Shown one piece after another: positions 1-7,532 of a stretch of 40,000 bases of DNA. The translations under genes were made by a program, and so were the position numbers. Source of the DNA: Clostridia bacterium (GTDB taxonomy: Bacteria; Bacillota; Clostridia; UMGS1840; HGM11507); NCBI GenBank assembly GCA_017554615.1, contig JAFZHY010000022.1, positions 73,331-113,330 of the forward strand, read 5' to 3'. Under the pieces are notes generated by a model, which saw only the letters and a program-made list of their open reading frames with translations, made no database searches and had not been told where the DNA came from. Every line of letters starts with the position of its first letter. The stretch's first letter is position 1.

Positions 1-1
1 A

Positions 2-646
2 GGTATGGGTCCGTCTGTTGTTTCTTCGCTTATAGATAATCATCTTATATCCTCTTTTGCTGATTTGTATTATTTAAAGAGTGAAGACATATCGCCTCTT
101 GACAGGATGGGAGAAAAATCTGCATTAAATATCATATCTGCTATAAATAAATCAATGAATAACGACTTATCTAAACTTATTTTTGCACTCGGTATAAGAT
201 TTGTAGGCTCAAAAACTGCAAAGTCATTGTCAAAGTATTTTAAAAATATGGATAACTTTATTAGTGCCGATTACGAAACCCTTATATCCATTGACGATAT
301 CGGCGAAAAGGTTTCAAAAAGTATTATTGATTTCTTTAGTGATGATAAAAATTTGGAACTTATAGAAAAACTTAAGGTTGCAGGAGTAAATATGGAGTCA
401 ACCGATGTGATAAAAGATGACAGGTTTATTGGTAAAACTTTTGTTTTAACAGGAACGCTTCCAACTTTAAAAAGAGATGAAGCAACAAAGATTATAGAAA
501 GTTTCGGCGGTAAAACTTCTTCCTCCGTTTCTAAAAAAACAGACTTTGTTTTAGCAGGGGAAGAGGCAGGAAGCAAACTTGAAAAGGCAAAAATGTTGGG
601 TATAGATATTATAGACGAAGATGCTTTCTTAGATATGATTAAATAA
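2..646 (+). CDS. ligA: NAD-dependent DNA ligase LigA, C-terminal part (5' end lies outside the window)
   Basis: The reading frame is open to the window edge. The translation shows HhH-like repeats. It ends in a BRCT module (GKTFVLTGTLPTLKRDEATKIIESFGGKTSSSVSKKTDFVLAGEEAGSKLEKA), as at the C-terminus of bacterial LigA. Confidence 0.9.
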   Translation, partial: GMGPSVVSSLIDNHLISSFADLYYLKSEDISPLDRMGEKSALNIISAINKSMNNDLSKLIFALGIRFVGSKTAKSLSKYFKNMDNFISADYETLISIDDIGEKVSKSIIDFFSDDKNLELIEKLKVAGVNMESTDVIKDDRFIGKTFVLTGTLPTLKRDEATKIIESFGGKTSSSVSKKTDFVLAGEEAGSKLEKAKMLGIDIIDEDAFLDMIK

Positions 647-657
647 ATCTTTATATT

Positions 658-697
658 AAAATGCACAAATGATTAAAAGTCGTTTGTGCATTTTTTA
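658..697 (+). terminator. Rho-independent terminator after ligA
   Basis: Stem atgcacaaatg (661-671) pairs with cgtttgtgcat (681-691), with one G-U pair. A T6 run follows, directly after the ligA stop. Confidence 0.75.
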
Positions 698-725
698 CAA
701 AATTAAGTAAAATTTCAAAAAACAC

Positions 726-754
726 TTTACTTTGCTAAATTGATAAAGTATAAT
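726..754 (+). promoter_or_regulatory. Putative sigma-A promoter for the amino-acid ABC operon
   Basis: TTTACT (726-731), a 17-nt spacer, then TATAAT (749-754). It sits about 40 nt upstream of the SBP start. Confidence 0.4.
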
Positions 755-791
755 GTAAATATAACAAAAAAACGAAAAGAGGTTATTTAAA

Positions 792-1610
792 ATGAAAAAA
801 GTTATTGCGTTAGTATTAAGTTTAGTGCTTATCGTTGCTATTACAGGTTGTAACAATCAGGCACAAAACGGTTTAAATGATTATTCAAAATCAGTTGATA
901 ATGCTTTTATTGTTGCTGAAGCAGGTTCTGCAGGGGAAGAATTGGCAACAAAAGATGAATTCTTTAAAAACGCAACATTTACAGCAGTTGATTCTATGGC
1001 AACAGCGCTTATGGATGTTAAATCCGGCTCTGCAGATATAGCGATAGTTGACTATGTTACATCTATCGGCTCTATCGGAGAAGGCACAGATTTTGCTGAC
1101 CTTAAAGTTGTAGAAGGTAAAGACTTTAATCCTGAAGAATACGGTATTGCATTCAGAAAAGGCAGTGATATCGTTCCTGCAGTTAACAAAGCGATTTTAG
1201 AACTTGCAAATGAAGGAACAATGGATAAAATTGCATCTACTTATAAACTTGCTGATTTAATTATTAAAGATGGCAAAGCATATGACGATGCAGTTGTTGC
1301 AGGTGATTTAGATTATATTAAACAAAAAGGCGAACTTATTATCGGTATCACACTATTTGCTCCAATGAACTATAATGATGAAAACGGTAAATTAATCGGT
1401 TTTGAAACCGAATTTGCAACAGCAGTTTGCGAAAAATTAGGCGTTACTCCTAAATTTGTTGAAATCAACTGGAATTCAAAAGAAATTGAACTTAACTCTA
1501 AAAATATTGACTGTATCTGGAATGGTATGACAATTACACCTGAAAGACAGGAAAATATGAGTATTTCAGTTCCTTATATGCAGAATAAACAAGTTATGGT
1601 TAGTAAATAA
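792..1610 (+). CDS. Amino-acid ABC transporter substrate-binding lipoprotein, with domain order apparently circularly permuted
   Basis: - Signal peptide with lipobox AITGC.
- Residues about 38-150 match the C-terminal half of the SBP_bac_3/GlnH fold (EEYGIAFRKGSDIVPAVNKAILELANEGTMDKIASTYKL).
- Residues about 180-272 match the N-terminal half (GELIIGITLFAPMNYNDENGKLIGFETEFATAVCEKLGV...WNGMTITPERQENMSISVPY).
- RBS aaagagg lies upstream. Confidence 0.85.
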   Translation: MKKVIALVLSLVLIVAITGCNNQAQNGLNDYSKSVDNAFIVAEAGSAGEELATKDEFFKNATFTAVDSMATALMDVKSGSADIAIVDYVTSIGSIGEGTDFADLKVVEGKDFNPEEYGIAFRKGSDIVPAVNKAILELANEGTMDKIASTYKLADLIIKDGKAYDDAVVAGDLDYIKQKGELIIGITLFAPMNYNDENGKLIGFETEFATAVCEKLGVTPKFVEINWNSKEIELNSKNIDCIWNGMTITPERQENMSISVPYMQNKQVMVSK

Positions 1611-1639
1611 CTTTTATAACCCAATAAGTTTATAATTAT

Positions 1640-1668
1640 TTCAGTGGGAGAAAATATCTCCCACTGAA
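1640..1668 (+). terminator. Intra-operon hairpin between the SBP and permease genes (possible attenuating terminator or mRNA stabiliser)
   Basis: Perfect 11-bp stem ttcagtgggag / ctcccactgaa with a 7-nt loop. It is followed by aaaattttatgtttt, so there is no clean T-run. Confidence 0.45.
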
Positions 1669-1705
1669 AAATTTTATGTTTTAAGAAAGTGGATAAGTAA
1701 TTTTT

Positions 1706-2350
1706 ATGGATAAAGTATCTATGATTGTTTCATCACTCTTTTTGGGGTTTGAAACAAATTTTTTATTGTTTGTTGTAACATTGATAATAGCAATACCTTT
1801 AGGGCTTCTTATTACATTATGCACAATGTCTAAGTTTACTCCTTTAAGATATCTTATGAAAACATTTGTCTGGATAATAAGGGGAACACCTCTTATGCTT
1901 CAGTTATTTGTTGTTTTGTATGCTCCTGGACTTCTCTTTGATGTTCCTATGAGAGATCGTCTTATGGCGGCATTTATTGCATTTTCAATAAATTATGCTG
2001 CATATTTTTCAGAGATATACAGAGGCGGAATAGAAAGCATACCTAAAGGGCAGTATGAAGCAGGGCATGTTCTTGGAATGTCAAAAGTACAGGTGTTTTT
2101 CAGAATTATCTTTATGCAGGTAGTTAAGAGAATTGTGCCTCCTATGGGGAATGAAATTATTACTCTTGTAAAAGATACAGCACTTGCCAGAGTTATAGGC
2201 GTTATTGAAATTTTAATGGTTGCAGAACGCTTTTCAAAACAAGGGCTTATATGGCCGCTTTTCTCTACGGGGTTATACTTCCTTGCCTTTAACGGTATAT
2301 TAACATTACTCTTCTCATACATAGAGAAAAAACTCAGTTACTATGATTAA
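1706..2350 (+). CDS. Polar amino-acid ABC transporter permease (His/Glu/Gln/Arg/opine family)
   Basis: 214 aa and multi-TM. It carries an EAA-type loop (YEAGHVLGMSKVQVFFRIIFMQVVKRIVPPMGNEIITLVKDTAL) typical of GlnP/HisM-type permeases. Confidence 0.9.
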   Translation: MDKVSMIVSSLFLGFETNFLLFVVTLIIAIPLGLLITLCTMSKFTPLRYLMKTFVWIIRGTPLMLQLFVVLYAPGLLFDVPMRDRLMAAFIAFSINYAAYFSEIYRGGIESIPKGQYEAGHVLGMSKVQVFFRIIFMQVVKRIVPPMGNEIITLVKDTALARVIGVIEILMVAERFSKQGLIWPLFSTGLYFLAFNGILTLLFSYIEKKLSYYD

Positions 2351-2368
2351 ATATCAGGAGATTTATTT

Positions 2369-3112
2369 ATGTCGATGTTAGTTGCAAAAAATATATATAA
2401 AAACTTCGGGAAACTTGAAGTTTTAAAAGGAATAAATTTAGAAATCGGGCAAGGGGAAGTTGTCGCTATAATCGGCCCTTCAGGCTCAGGTAAAAGTACA
2501 TTTTTAAGATGTTTAAACAAACTTGAAAAGGTTGATAAAGGCTCTATCTATGTTGATGGAGATGTTATCTGCGAAAACGGTATATATAAAAGCGATAAAG
2601 AAATAAGAAAAACTATCAAGAAGATGGGAATGGTTTTTCAGAATTTTAATCTCTTCCCTCAACTTTCAGTTCTTCAGAATATCATTGAAGCACCGATTCA
2701 GGTAAATGGCGAAAATAAAGAAGAAGCCATAGAAAGAGCAAAAAAAATACTTGATACAGTGGGGCTTATATCTAAAATTGATGCATATCCGTCTCAACTT
2801 TCAGGAGGGCAGCAACAAAGGGTTGCCATTGCAAGAGCACTTGCAATGAATCCTAAACTGCTTCTTTTTGATGAGCCTACAAGTGCTCTTGACCCTGAAC
2901 TTACAGGCGAAGTTTTAAATGTTATGACTAATCTTGCAAAGGAAAAAAACACTATGATAGTTGTTACTCACGAAATTGATTTTGCAAGAGAGGTTGCAAC
3001 CCGTGTAATATTTATGGACGGAGGGTATATAATAGAAGACGGCACTCCGAGTGAGGTTATAGATAACCCTAAAAATGAAAGAACAAGACAATTCTTAAAA
3101 CGAGTAACTTAA
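2369..3112 (+). CDS. Polar amino-acid ABC transporter ATP-binding protein (GlnQ-like)
   Basis: Walker [10 protein letters not shown], signature [15 protein letters not shown], Walker [13 protein letters not shown], and a C-terminal RTRQFL motif. Confidence 0.95.
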   Translation: MSMLVAKNIYKNFGKLEVLKGINLEIGQGEVVAIIGPSGSGKSTFLRCLNKLEKVDKGSIYVDGDVICENGIYKSDKEIRKTIKKMGMVFQNFNLFPQLSVLQNIIEAPIQVNGENKEEAIERAKKILDTVGLISKIDAYPSQLSGGQQQRVAIARALAMNPKLLLFDEPTSALDPELTGEVLNVMTNLAKEKNTMIVVTHEIDFAREVATRVIFMDGGYIIEDGTPSEVIDNPKNERTRQFLKRVT

Positions 3113-3154
3113 ATAATTTCACCTTCATATATTAAAATATGGAGGTGTAATTTT

Positions 3155-3505
3155 ATGTTTTTAGATTTTTTGGTTGGAGTATTTTTAAGTTTTTTTGCAA
3201 TCTACGGTCTTGTGCAGACTATAATCAACATTTTTTCTTACATAGGGGACAGAAGAGTATTTAAAGATAAAACAGTTTATACCGTTGTTGCAGTAAAAAA
3301 TGAGGAAAACCGTGTCGAAAATATTGTTCATTCGCTGCTTTTAAAGGTGCTAAAAGACGATAACGGTGCTTACAACAGAAAAATATCAGTAATAGATTTA
3401 GGCTCAACCGATAAAACAATGGAATTACTTGAAATATTAAAAAATGATAAACCGTATCTTAATGTTTACAGTATAAAAGAATTTGTTGATGAAATAAAAA
3501 AATAG
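3155..3505 (+). CDS. Small membrane-anchored hypothetical protein resembling the N-terminal fragment of a GT2 glycosyltransferase
   Basis: - Strong RBS ggaggtg.
- N-terminal TM helix (FLVGVFLSFFAIYGLV).
- Then TVVAVKNEENRVENIVHSLL...ISVIDLGSTDKTMELLE, which mimics the first beta-alpha-beta of GT-A/GT2 enzymes (NEE...DxGSTD.T).
- The protein stops at 116 aa, before any DXD motif. Confidence 0.6.
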   Translation: MFLDFLVGVFLSFFAIYGLVQTIINIFSYIGDRRVFKDKTVYTVVAVKNEENRVENIVHSLLLKVLKDDNGAYNRKISVIDLGSTDKTMELLEILKNDKPYLNVYSIKEFVDEIKK

Positions 3506-3513
3506 AGTCCAAA

Positions 3514-3550
3514 CCTCCGAAAGCATAATACTTTCGGAGGATATTTTTTA
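3514..3550 (+). terminator. Rho-independent terminator
   Basis: 10-bp GC-containing stem cctccgaaag (3514-3523) / ctttcggagg (3531-3540), followed by ata then ttttt. Confidence 0.8.
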
Positions 3551-3586
3551 GTATATTAAATTATATAAATAATTTAGTATTATATA

Positions 3587-3615
3587 TTGAAATAAAATAT
3601 TTTTTTTGTTATAAT
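3587..3615 (+). promoter_or_regulatory. Near-consensus sigma-A promoter with extended -10, upstream of the SLH/PqqD cassette
   Basis: TTGAAA (3587-3592), a 17-nt spacer, then TGtTATAAT (3607-3615). It lies in an AT-rich intergenic region just after a terminator. Confidence 0.6.
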
Positions 3616-3652
3616 AAACTGAAGATTAAATTTGATATTATGAGGTGGTTTT

Positions 3653-5242
3653 TTGTTTAAGAAAATACTTTCAATAATACTTATGATTTCATTTATATCT
3701 ATACCGGTAGCGGCAGAAGTTTCTTTTAACGATATGGATGAAAATCACTGGGCGTATCCTAATGTTATTAAACTGGTTAATGACGGAACTGTCAAAGGAT
3801 ATGAAGATGGTTCTTTTAAACCTGCAAATACTGTTACAAGAGCAGAATTTGTTAAAATGATAGGCTGTGGTCCAGACAGAAGAGACTCAGATTTTGAAGA
3901 TGTTTCAAAAACTCATTGGGCATATGAATATATTATGACATCAGGTTTTGAAACAGAAGGTAATAATTTTTATCCGTCTTTACCTATAACAAGAGGAGAA
4001 ACTATTGAACTTTTATGGAAAAGACATGGCTCAAAAACAGGAGTTTTAGCACCAAGTGTTATTACTGAGCAGTATCCTCAAAATAAAGATGCCATCTCCT
4101 GGGCGTATAACTATAAAGTTATGATAGGGGATGACGGTCTTAACTTAAGGCTTAATGATACTTTATCAAGAGCAGAAACGGCAACACTTATTATAAGAAC
4201 AAGGGAAACTGATTTTACCAAACCGCAGTCTGATTTTAAAGATATTGTTTCAGAAAGCACAATGAAAACTGTTTTTGAAAGTTATAATTTATTTGATGAC
4301 AATAGAAGTTACTCGCCCGATGCAACTATTACAAACGGCGAGATGGCAAGAGCAGCGTTAAGACTTTTAGAGGATGAATTTAATCTTACATACAGTTCTT
4401 ATCCTGTATCAACCTATTTTGACCATAAGTATTATAAAGATTTATTAATTATATTTGACCGTTGTATTAAAAAAGGTGCAGCAAATAAAGAAATGGCAGA
4501 TTTAAATGCAAATATTGAAAATACTGTTGCTGCATTTTCATTCGCTGCATTAGAAAAAGCAAATGAACTTATCACTTACGGTAATATTAATAATACATAT
4601 AAAGATGTATCGAAAGATATTGAAATCAAAAAGAATATGTTTTTAACCTTTGCGTATGAAAAAGGAATTAAACTTAAAGCAGACGATACTATCGGCGCTT
4701 TAAGGGATGTTACTCACAAGGATATAGCAGCGTTGCTTATTCAGTATGACGCACTGATTGGTTTGGAAACAATTTTTTCTACAAACAGAAACGGAATAAA
4801 TCAGTTTATTAAATATGATGCAAAATTAAATAAAAACATTTCTTTATATCCGTCAACAAAGGACAAGTTTGCCTGTATTGTAGACGGTATAGATAACAGA
4901 ATATATGAAAAGGCTATTGAGGGAGATAACCCTGAAGAAACATATGATTTTGCAAGAGAGTATGGAGAACTTTTTATTTCAAAAGTTTTAAATTATGCAT
5001 CATACTTAAGAACAAATTATGGAATTGAATCAGAAATTCTTGTTTATCCGTCTTTGGTATGGGCATCAGAAAACGAGTTCGTATTAAGAATAGAATGTAA
5101 GGTGCTTTATATTGCAAAGGATGCAACCACAACCGAAGTATTCGGTGATGACCTTGTTATACCGGTTGATGAAAAGATTGTTTCAGGTTCATCATACTTT
5201 GTAGAAGTTGCACTTAATAAAACAGATTTATTTTTTAGATAA
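3653..5242 (+). CDS. SLH-domain cell-surface protein with an uncharacterised C-terminal region
   Basis: - TTG start with RBS gaggtgg.
- Sec signal peptide (…SIPVAA/EV).
- Three SLH repeats (FNDMDENHWAYPNVIKLVNDGTVKGYEDGSFKP..; FEDVSKTHWAYEYIM..; KDAISWAYNYKVMIG..).
- About 340 aa follow with no motif I recognise. Confidence 0.85.
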   Translation: MFKKILSIILMISFISIPVAAEVSFNDMDENHWAYPNVIKLVNDGTVKGYEDGSFKPANTVTRAEFVKMIGCGPDRRDSDFEDVSKTHWAYEYIMTSGFETEGNNFYPSLPITRGETIELLWKRHGSKTGVLAPSVITEQYPQNKDAISWAYNYKVMIGDDGLNLRLNDTLSRAETATLIIRTRETDFTKPQSDFKDIVSESTMKTVFESYNLFDDNRSYSPDATITNGEMARAALRLLEDEFNLTYSSYPVSTYFDHKYYKDLLIIFDRCIKKGAANKEMADLNANIENTVAAFSFAALEKANELITYGNINNTYKDVSKDIEIKKNMFLTFAYEKGIKLKADDTIGALRDVTHKDIAALLIQYDALIGLETIFSTNRNGINQFIKYDAKLNKNISLYPSTKDKFACIVDGIDNRIYEKAIEGDNPEETYDFAREYGELFISKVLNYASYLRTNYGIESEILVYPSLVWASENEFVLRIECKVLYIAKDATTTEVFGDDLVIPVDEKIVSGSSYFVEVALNKTDLFFR

Positions 5243-5253
5243 GGAGTAAAAAT

Positions 5254-5928
5254 ATGGAGTTTTTAAAAAAGACTAACAAACTATTTGGCGTTTTAGCGTG
5301 TATTACCACAATTATAACCAATTTTGTAGTTTTATGTATCGGTACAAGAATTTTAAGAGTTGACTTTTACTATGTTACTCAGGCACTTATCCCATGTATT
5401 ATATCAAGACTTTTACTTATCGTTTGGTGCTTATATTTTGCAATGGGTTATGAGTATGACAGGTCAGCAAGAACATTCTCGAAATACCTTATTCCGTACA
5501 TATTTATAAGTATTATAGTATTGCTTATAGATAAGGAAATGGCTTATTATTTCCTTTTCCACTCTACTATTACACTTTTGGTTCTTATTCTTATGTCCAA
5601 TCTTATAAACCAGAAAAGATTTGCACTAAGAGCAAAGAACTATGCAGATAAGTTGTATCAATTAGATGCACTAATTCGTATATGCATAGCGTTTACTGTT
5701 GTACTTGTAGGGCTTAGTATTCCAATTGCGATAAGAGTTCAGTCAACTGTATATAATGTTACACTTCTTATTTCTGCAATGGTTTCTCAGGTGTTTGTTA
5801 TTGTTGGTATTTATTGTGTTGAGAGTGCTGAAAAGAAATTCCAGCAGTCTTTAATTGAGGGCGAAAATCCTAAACAGGGTGATGAATCTAAAGAAAATTC
5901 TGACGCTGATAATAATGCCGAAAAATAA
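5254..5928 (+). CDS. Polytopic membrane protein, function unknown
   Basis: 224 aa with about 5-6 hydrophobic helices. The C-terminal tail is acidic and Ser-rich (EGENPKQGDESKENSDADNNAEK). An 11-nt gap separates it from the SLH gene. I recognise no family motif. Confidence 0.6.
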   Translation: MEFLKKTNKLFGVLACITTIITNFVVLCIGTRILRVDFYYVTQALIPCIISRLLLIVWCLYFAMGYEYDRSARTFSKYLIPYIFISIIVLLIDKEMAYYFLFHSTITLLVLILMSNLINQKRFALRAKNYADKLYQLDALIRICIAFTVVLVGLSIPIAIRVQSTVYNVTLLISAMVSQVFVIVGIYCVESAEKKFQQSLIEGENPKQGDESKENSDADNNAEK

Positions 5929-5946
5929 ATTAAAAAGGTAAAAAAT

Positions 5947-6801
5947 ATGAAGATATGTATAGCGGATATTAATATCCAACTTGAAGGAGTAATGTATGAC
6001 TATTTAAAATACAGATTAAGAAACTATATTATTCCTGAAGATAAAGAATGCGATATTATTGTAAGATATAAACAAAGTGATAAAATTGATATTCCTGACG
6101 GCGAAATTATGGAAAAAAAAGATTACAAAGTCTTTGCCAAAGGGGATAACTGCTATTATTATTACGACTTATTAAAAGAAGAAACCTGTTCTGCAATAAT
6201 TCGCTTTAACGAAAACTGGACAAGTATTGATTGTGAACTGTTCGATGTTGAAGATTTGGGTGGTGCATCGCTTAATATCCGTCAGTTTAATATGATAGGG
6301 CATATTGTTAAGTATATTATGATAAACCACTTAGGAATGTCTCTTCACTCTTCTTCAATATCATATAAAAATAACGGTATTATGTTTTCTGCCGATTCGG
6401 GTACAGGTAAGTCCACTCATACAAGGCTATGGATGAAGGTTTTTGACGGAGTGGAAATAATAAATGATGATATGCCTGTTATCCGTATGGTTGACGGTGT
6501 GTGGTATTTATACGGATGCCCTTGGAGCGGTAAAACGGAAATTAACGTTAATAAAAGAGTTCCTCTTAAAGCACTTGTTTTTCTCGAAAGAGGCAAGACA
6601 AACGAAATTGAAAGAATTTATGCACCTGAATCTGTGTTTAAAATAATTTCACAAACTATTGTTGCTTCATATAAAGATATTGCAAAAAAAGCACTTGGAA
6701 ATATTTCCAAAATGGTTGAATCAGTGCCTATATACAGATTAAAATGCACAATATCTGACGAAGCACCGAAAGTGGTTGCTAAGGAACTTGATTTAATATA
6801 A
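5947..6801 (+). CDS. HPr-kinase-like (HprK C-terminal domain-like) P-loop protein
   Basis: The core LHSSSISYKNNGIMFSADSGTGKSTHTRLW...IINDDMPVIRMVDGVWYLYGCPWSGK matches the HprK-related pattern (lHas.v...g..ill.G.sG.GKST....L......l.sDD...l....g....g.P). The N-terminal 130 aa or so are unassigned. Confidence 0.7.
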   Translation: MKICIADINIQLEGVMYDYLKYRLRNYIIPEDKECDIIVRYKQSDKIDIPDGEIMEKKDYKVFAKGDNCYYYYDLLKEETCSAIIRFNENWTSIDCELFDVEDLGGASLNIRQFNMIGHIVKYIMINHLGMSLHSSSISYKNNGIMFSADSGTGKSTHTRLWMKVFDGVEIINDDMPVIRMVDGVWYLYGCPWSGKTEINVNKRVPLKALVFLERGKTNEIERIYAPESVFKIISQTIVASYKDIAKKALGNISKMVESVPIYRLKCTISDEAPKVVAKELDLI

Positions 6802-6814
6802 AAGGAGAATTTAA

Positions 6815-7081
6815 ATGAAAATAAAAGATACATTTGTTTTAAGTGAAATAGGCGGTAGTTATATAGTTATCCCGACAGGTGTTGAAACAGTAGATTTAAA
6901 CGGAATGATTACCCTTAACGAAACCGGATATTTTATGTGGAATAAAATGCAAAATGATATTACAAAAGATGAACTTATAGATGAATTTTTAAAAGAATAT
7001 AATGTTGACAGGGAAGTTGTCAGTGCCGATATAGACGAGTTTGTGAGTAGTCTTAAAACAATAGGAGCAATTTGTGAATAA
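6815..7081 (+). CDS. PqqD-family protein (RiPP recognition element-type peptide chaperone)
   Basis: 88 aa with RBS aaggag. The motif ITLNETGYFMWNKMQNDITKDELIDEFLKEYNVDREVVSADIDEFVSSLKTIGAI is the canonical PqqD winged-helix signature (LNeta..iW.......t..el...l...y.vd.e....Dv..fl..L...g.i). Confidence 0.8.
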   Translation: MKIKDTFVLSEIGGSYIVIPTGVETVDLNGMITLNETGYFMWNKMQNDITKDELIDEFLKEYNVDREVVSADIDEFVSSLKTIGAICE

Positions 7082-7532
7082 TAGAATTTATAAAACAACA
7101 AAAGAACTGGCACCGTTTATTAAAGAAATGTTGGAAAATAATAAAAGTGTTCAACTTACAGTTACAGGGAACAGTATGTTCCCTTTATTTAAACATTTAA
7201 GAGATTCGGTTACAGTAAAGAGAACTGATGATTATAAGAAATATGATATAATTCTTTATCTTAGAAAAAATGGGGAATTAGTGCTTCACCGTGTGGTAAA
7301 AGTAAAAGATGAGATTTTTTATCTTTGCGGAGATAATCAAATACTCATAGAATATCCGATTTACAAAGACCAGATTATGGGAAAAGTTACTTCCTTTGTA
7401 AGAAAAGGCAAAAGCATTAAAGCCGATAGTTTTATTAGTAAGTTTTATGCAGTTTTCTGGTGTTTTCTCCTTAAAGTAAGAAAACCTGTTATTAAAGCAT
7501 TGTTAAAAATCTGGGGGTTTATTAAAAGATGA
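7074..7532 (+). CDS. S24/S26-family serine peptidase (SipW/Sec11-like signal-peptidase fold) lacking an N-terminal membrane anchor
   Basis: - The GTG start overlaps the PqqD stop by 8 nt.
- Nucleophile box VTGNSMFPLF.
- General-base box LVLHRVVKVKD (His as in S26B, or Lys as in S24/S26A).
- There is no hydrophobic N-terminus. The only hydrophobic patch is C-terminal (FYAVFWCFLLKV). Confidence 0.7.
   Translation: MNNRIYKTTKELAPFIKEMLENNKSVQLTVTGNSMFPLFKHLRDSVTVKRTDDYKKYDIILYLRKNGELVLHRVVKVKDEIFYLCGDNQILIEYPIYKDQIMGKVTSFVRKGKSIKADSFISKFYAVFWCFLLKVRKPVIKALLKIWGFIKR

Noticed and set aside
271-666. Minus-strand ORFs overlapping + strand genes (this one and 1993-2322, 6618-6833, 6859-7113, 8425-8655, 9929-10156, 12505-12948, 13057-13350, 17336-17524, 17699-17971, 18518-18709, 19648-19851, 22039-22224, 22457-22663, 23471-23674, 26022-26357, 26608-26793, 27930-28211, 28339-28524, 31199-31819, 32433-32645, 33158-33424, 33767-34003, 34094-34444, 34778-35281, 36315-36524, 36838-37032)
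   Set aside because: Each is antisense to a well-supported gene. Their translations are low-complexity (Ser/Leu/Ile/Phe-rich), as expected for the reverse frame of AT-rich coding DNA. None has a recognisable motif.
6464-6646. Same-strand internal ORFs in alternative frames (also 12990-13202, 14973-15173, 30376-30567, 31525-31737)
   Set aside because: They are nested inside strongly supported genes. They have no RBS and no motifs, so they are treated as chance ORFs.
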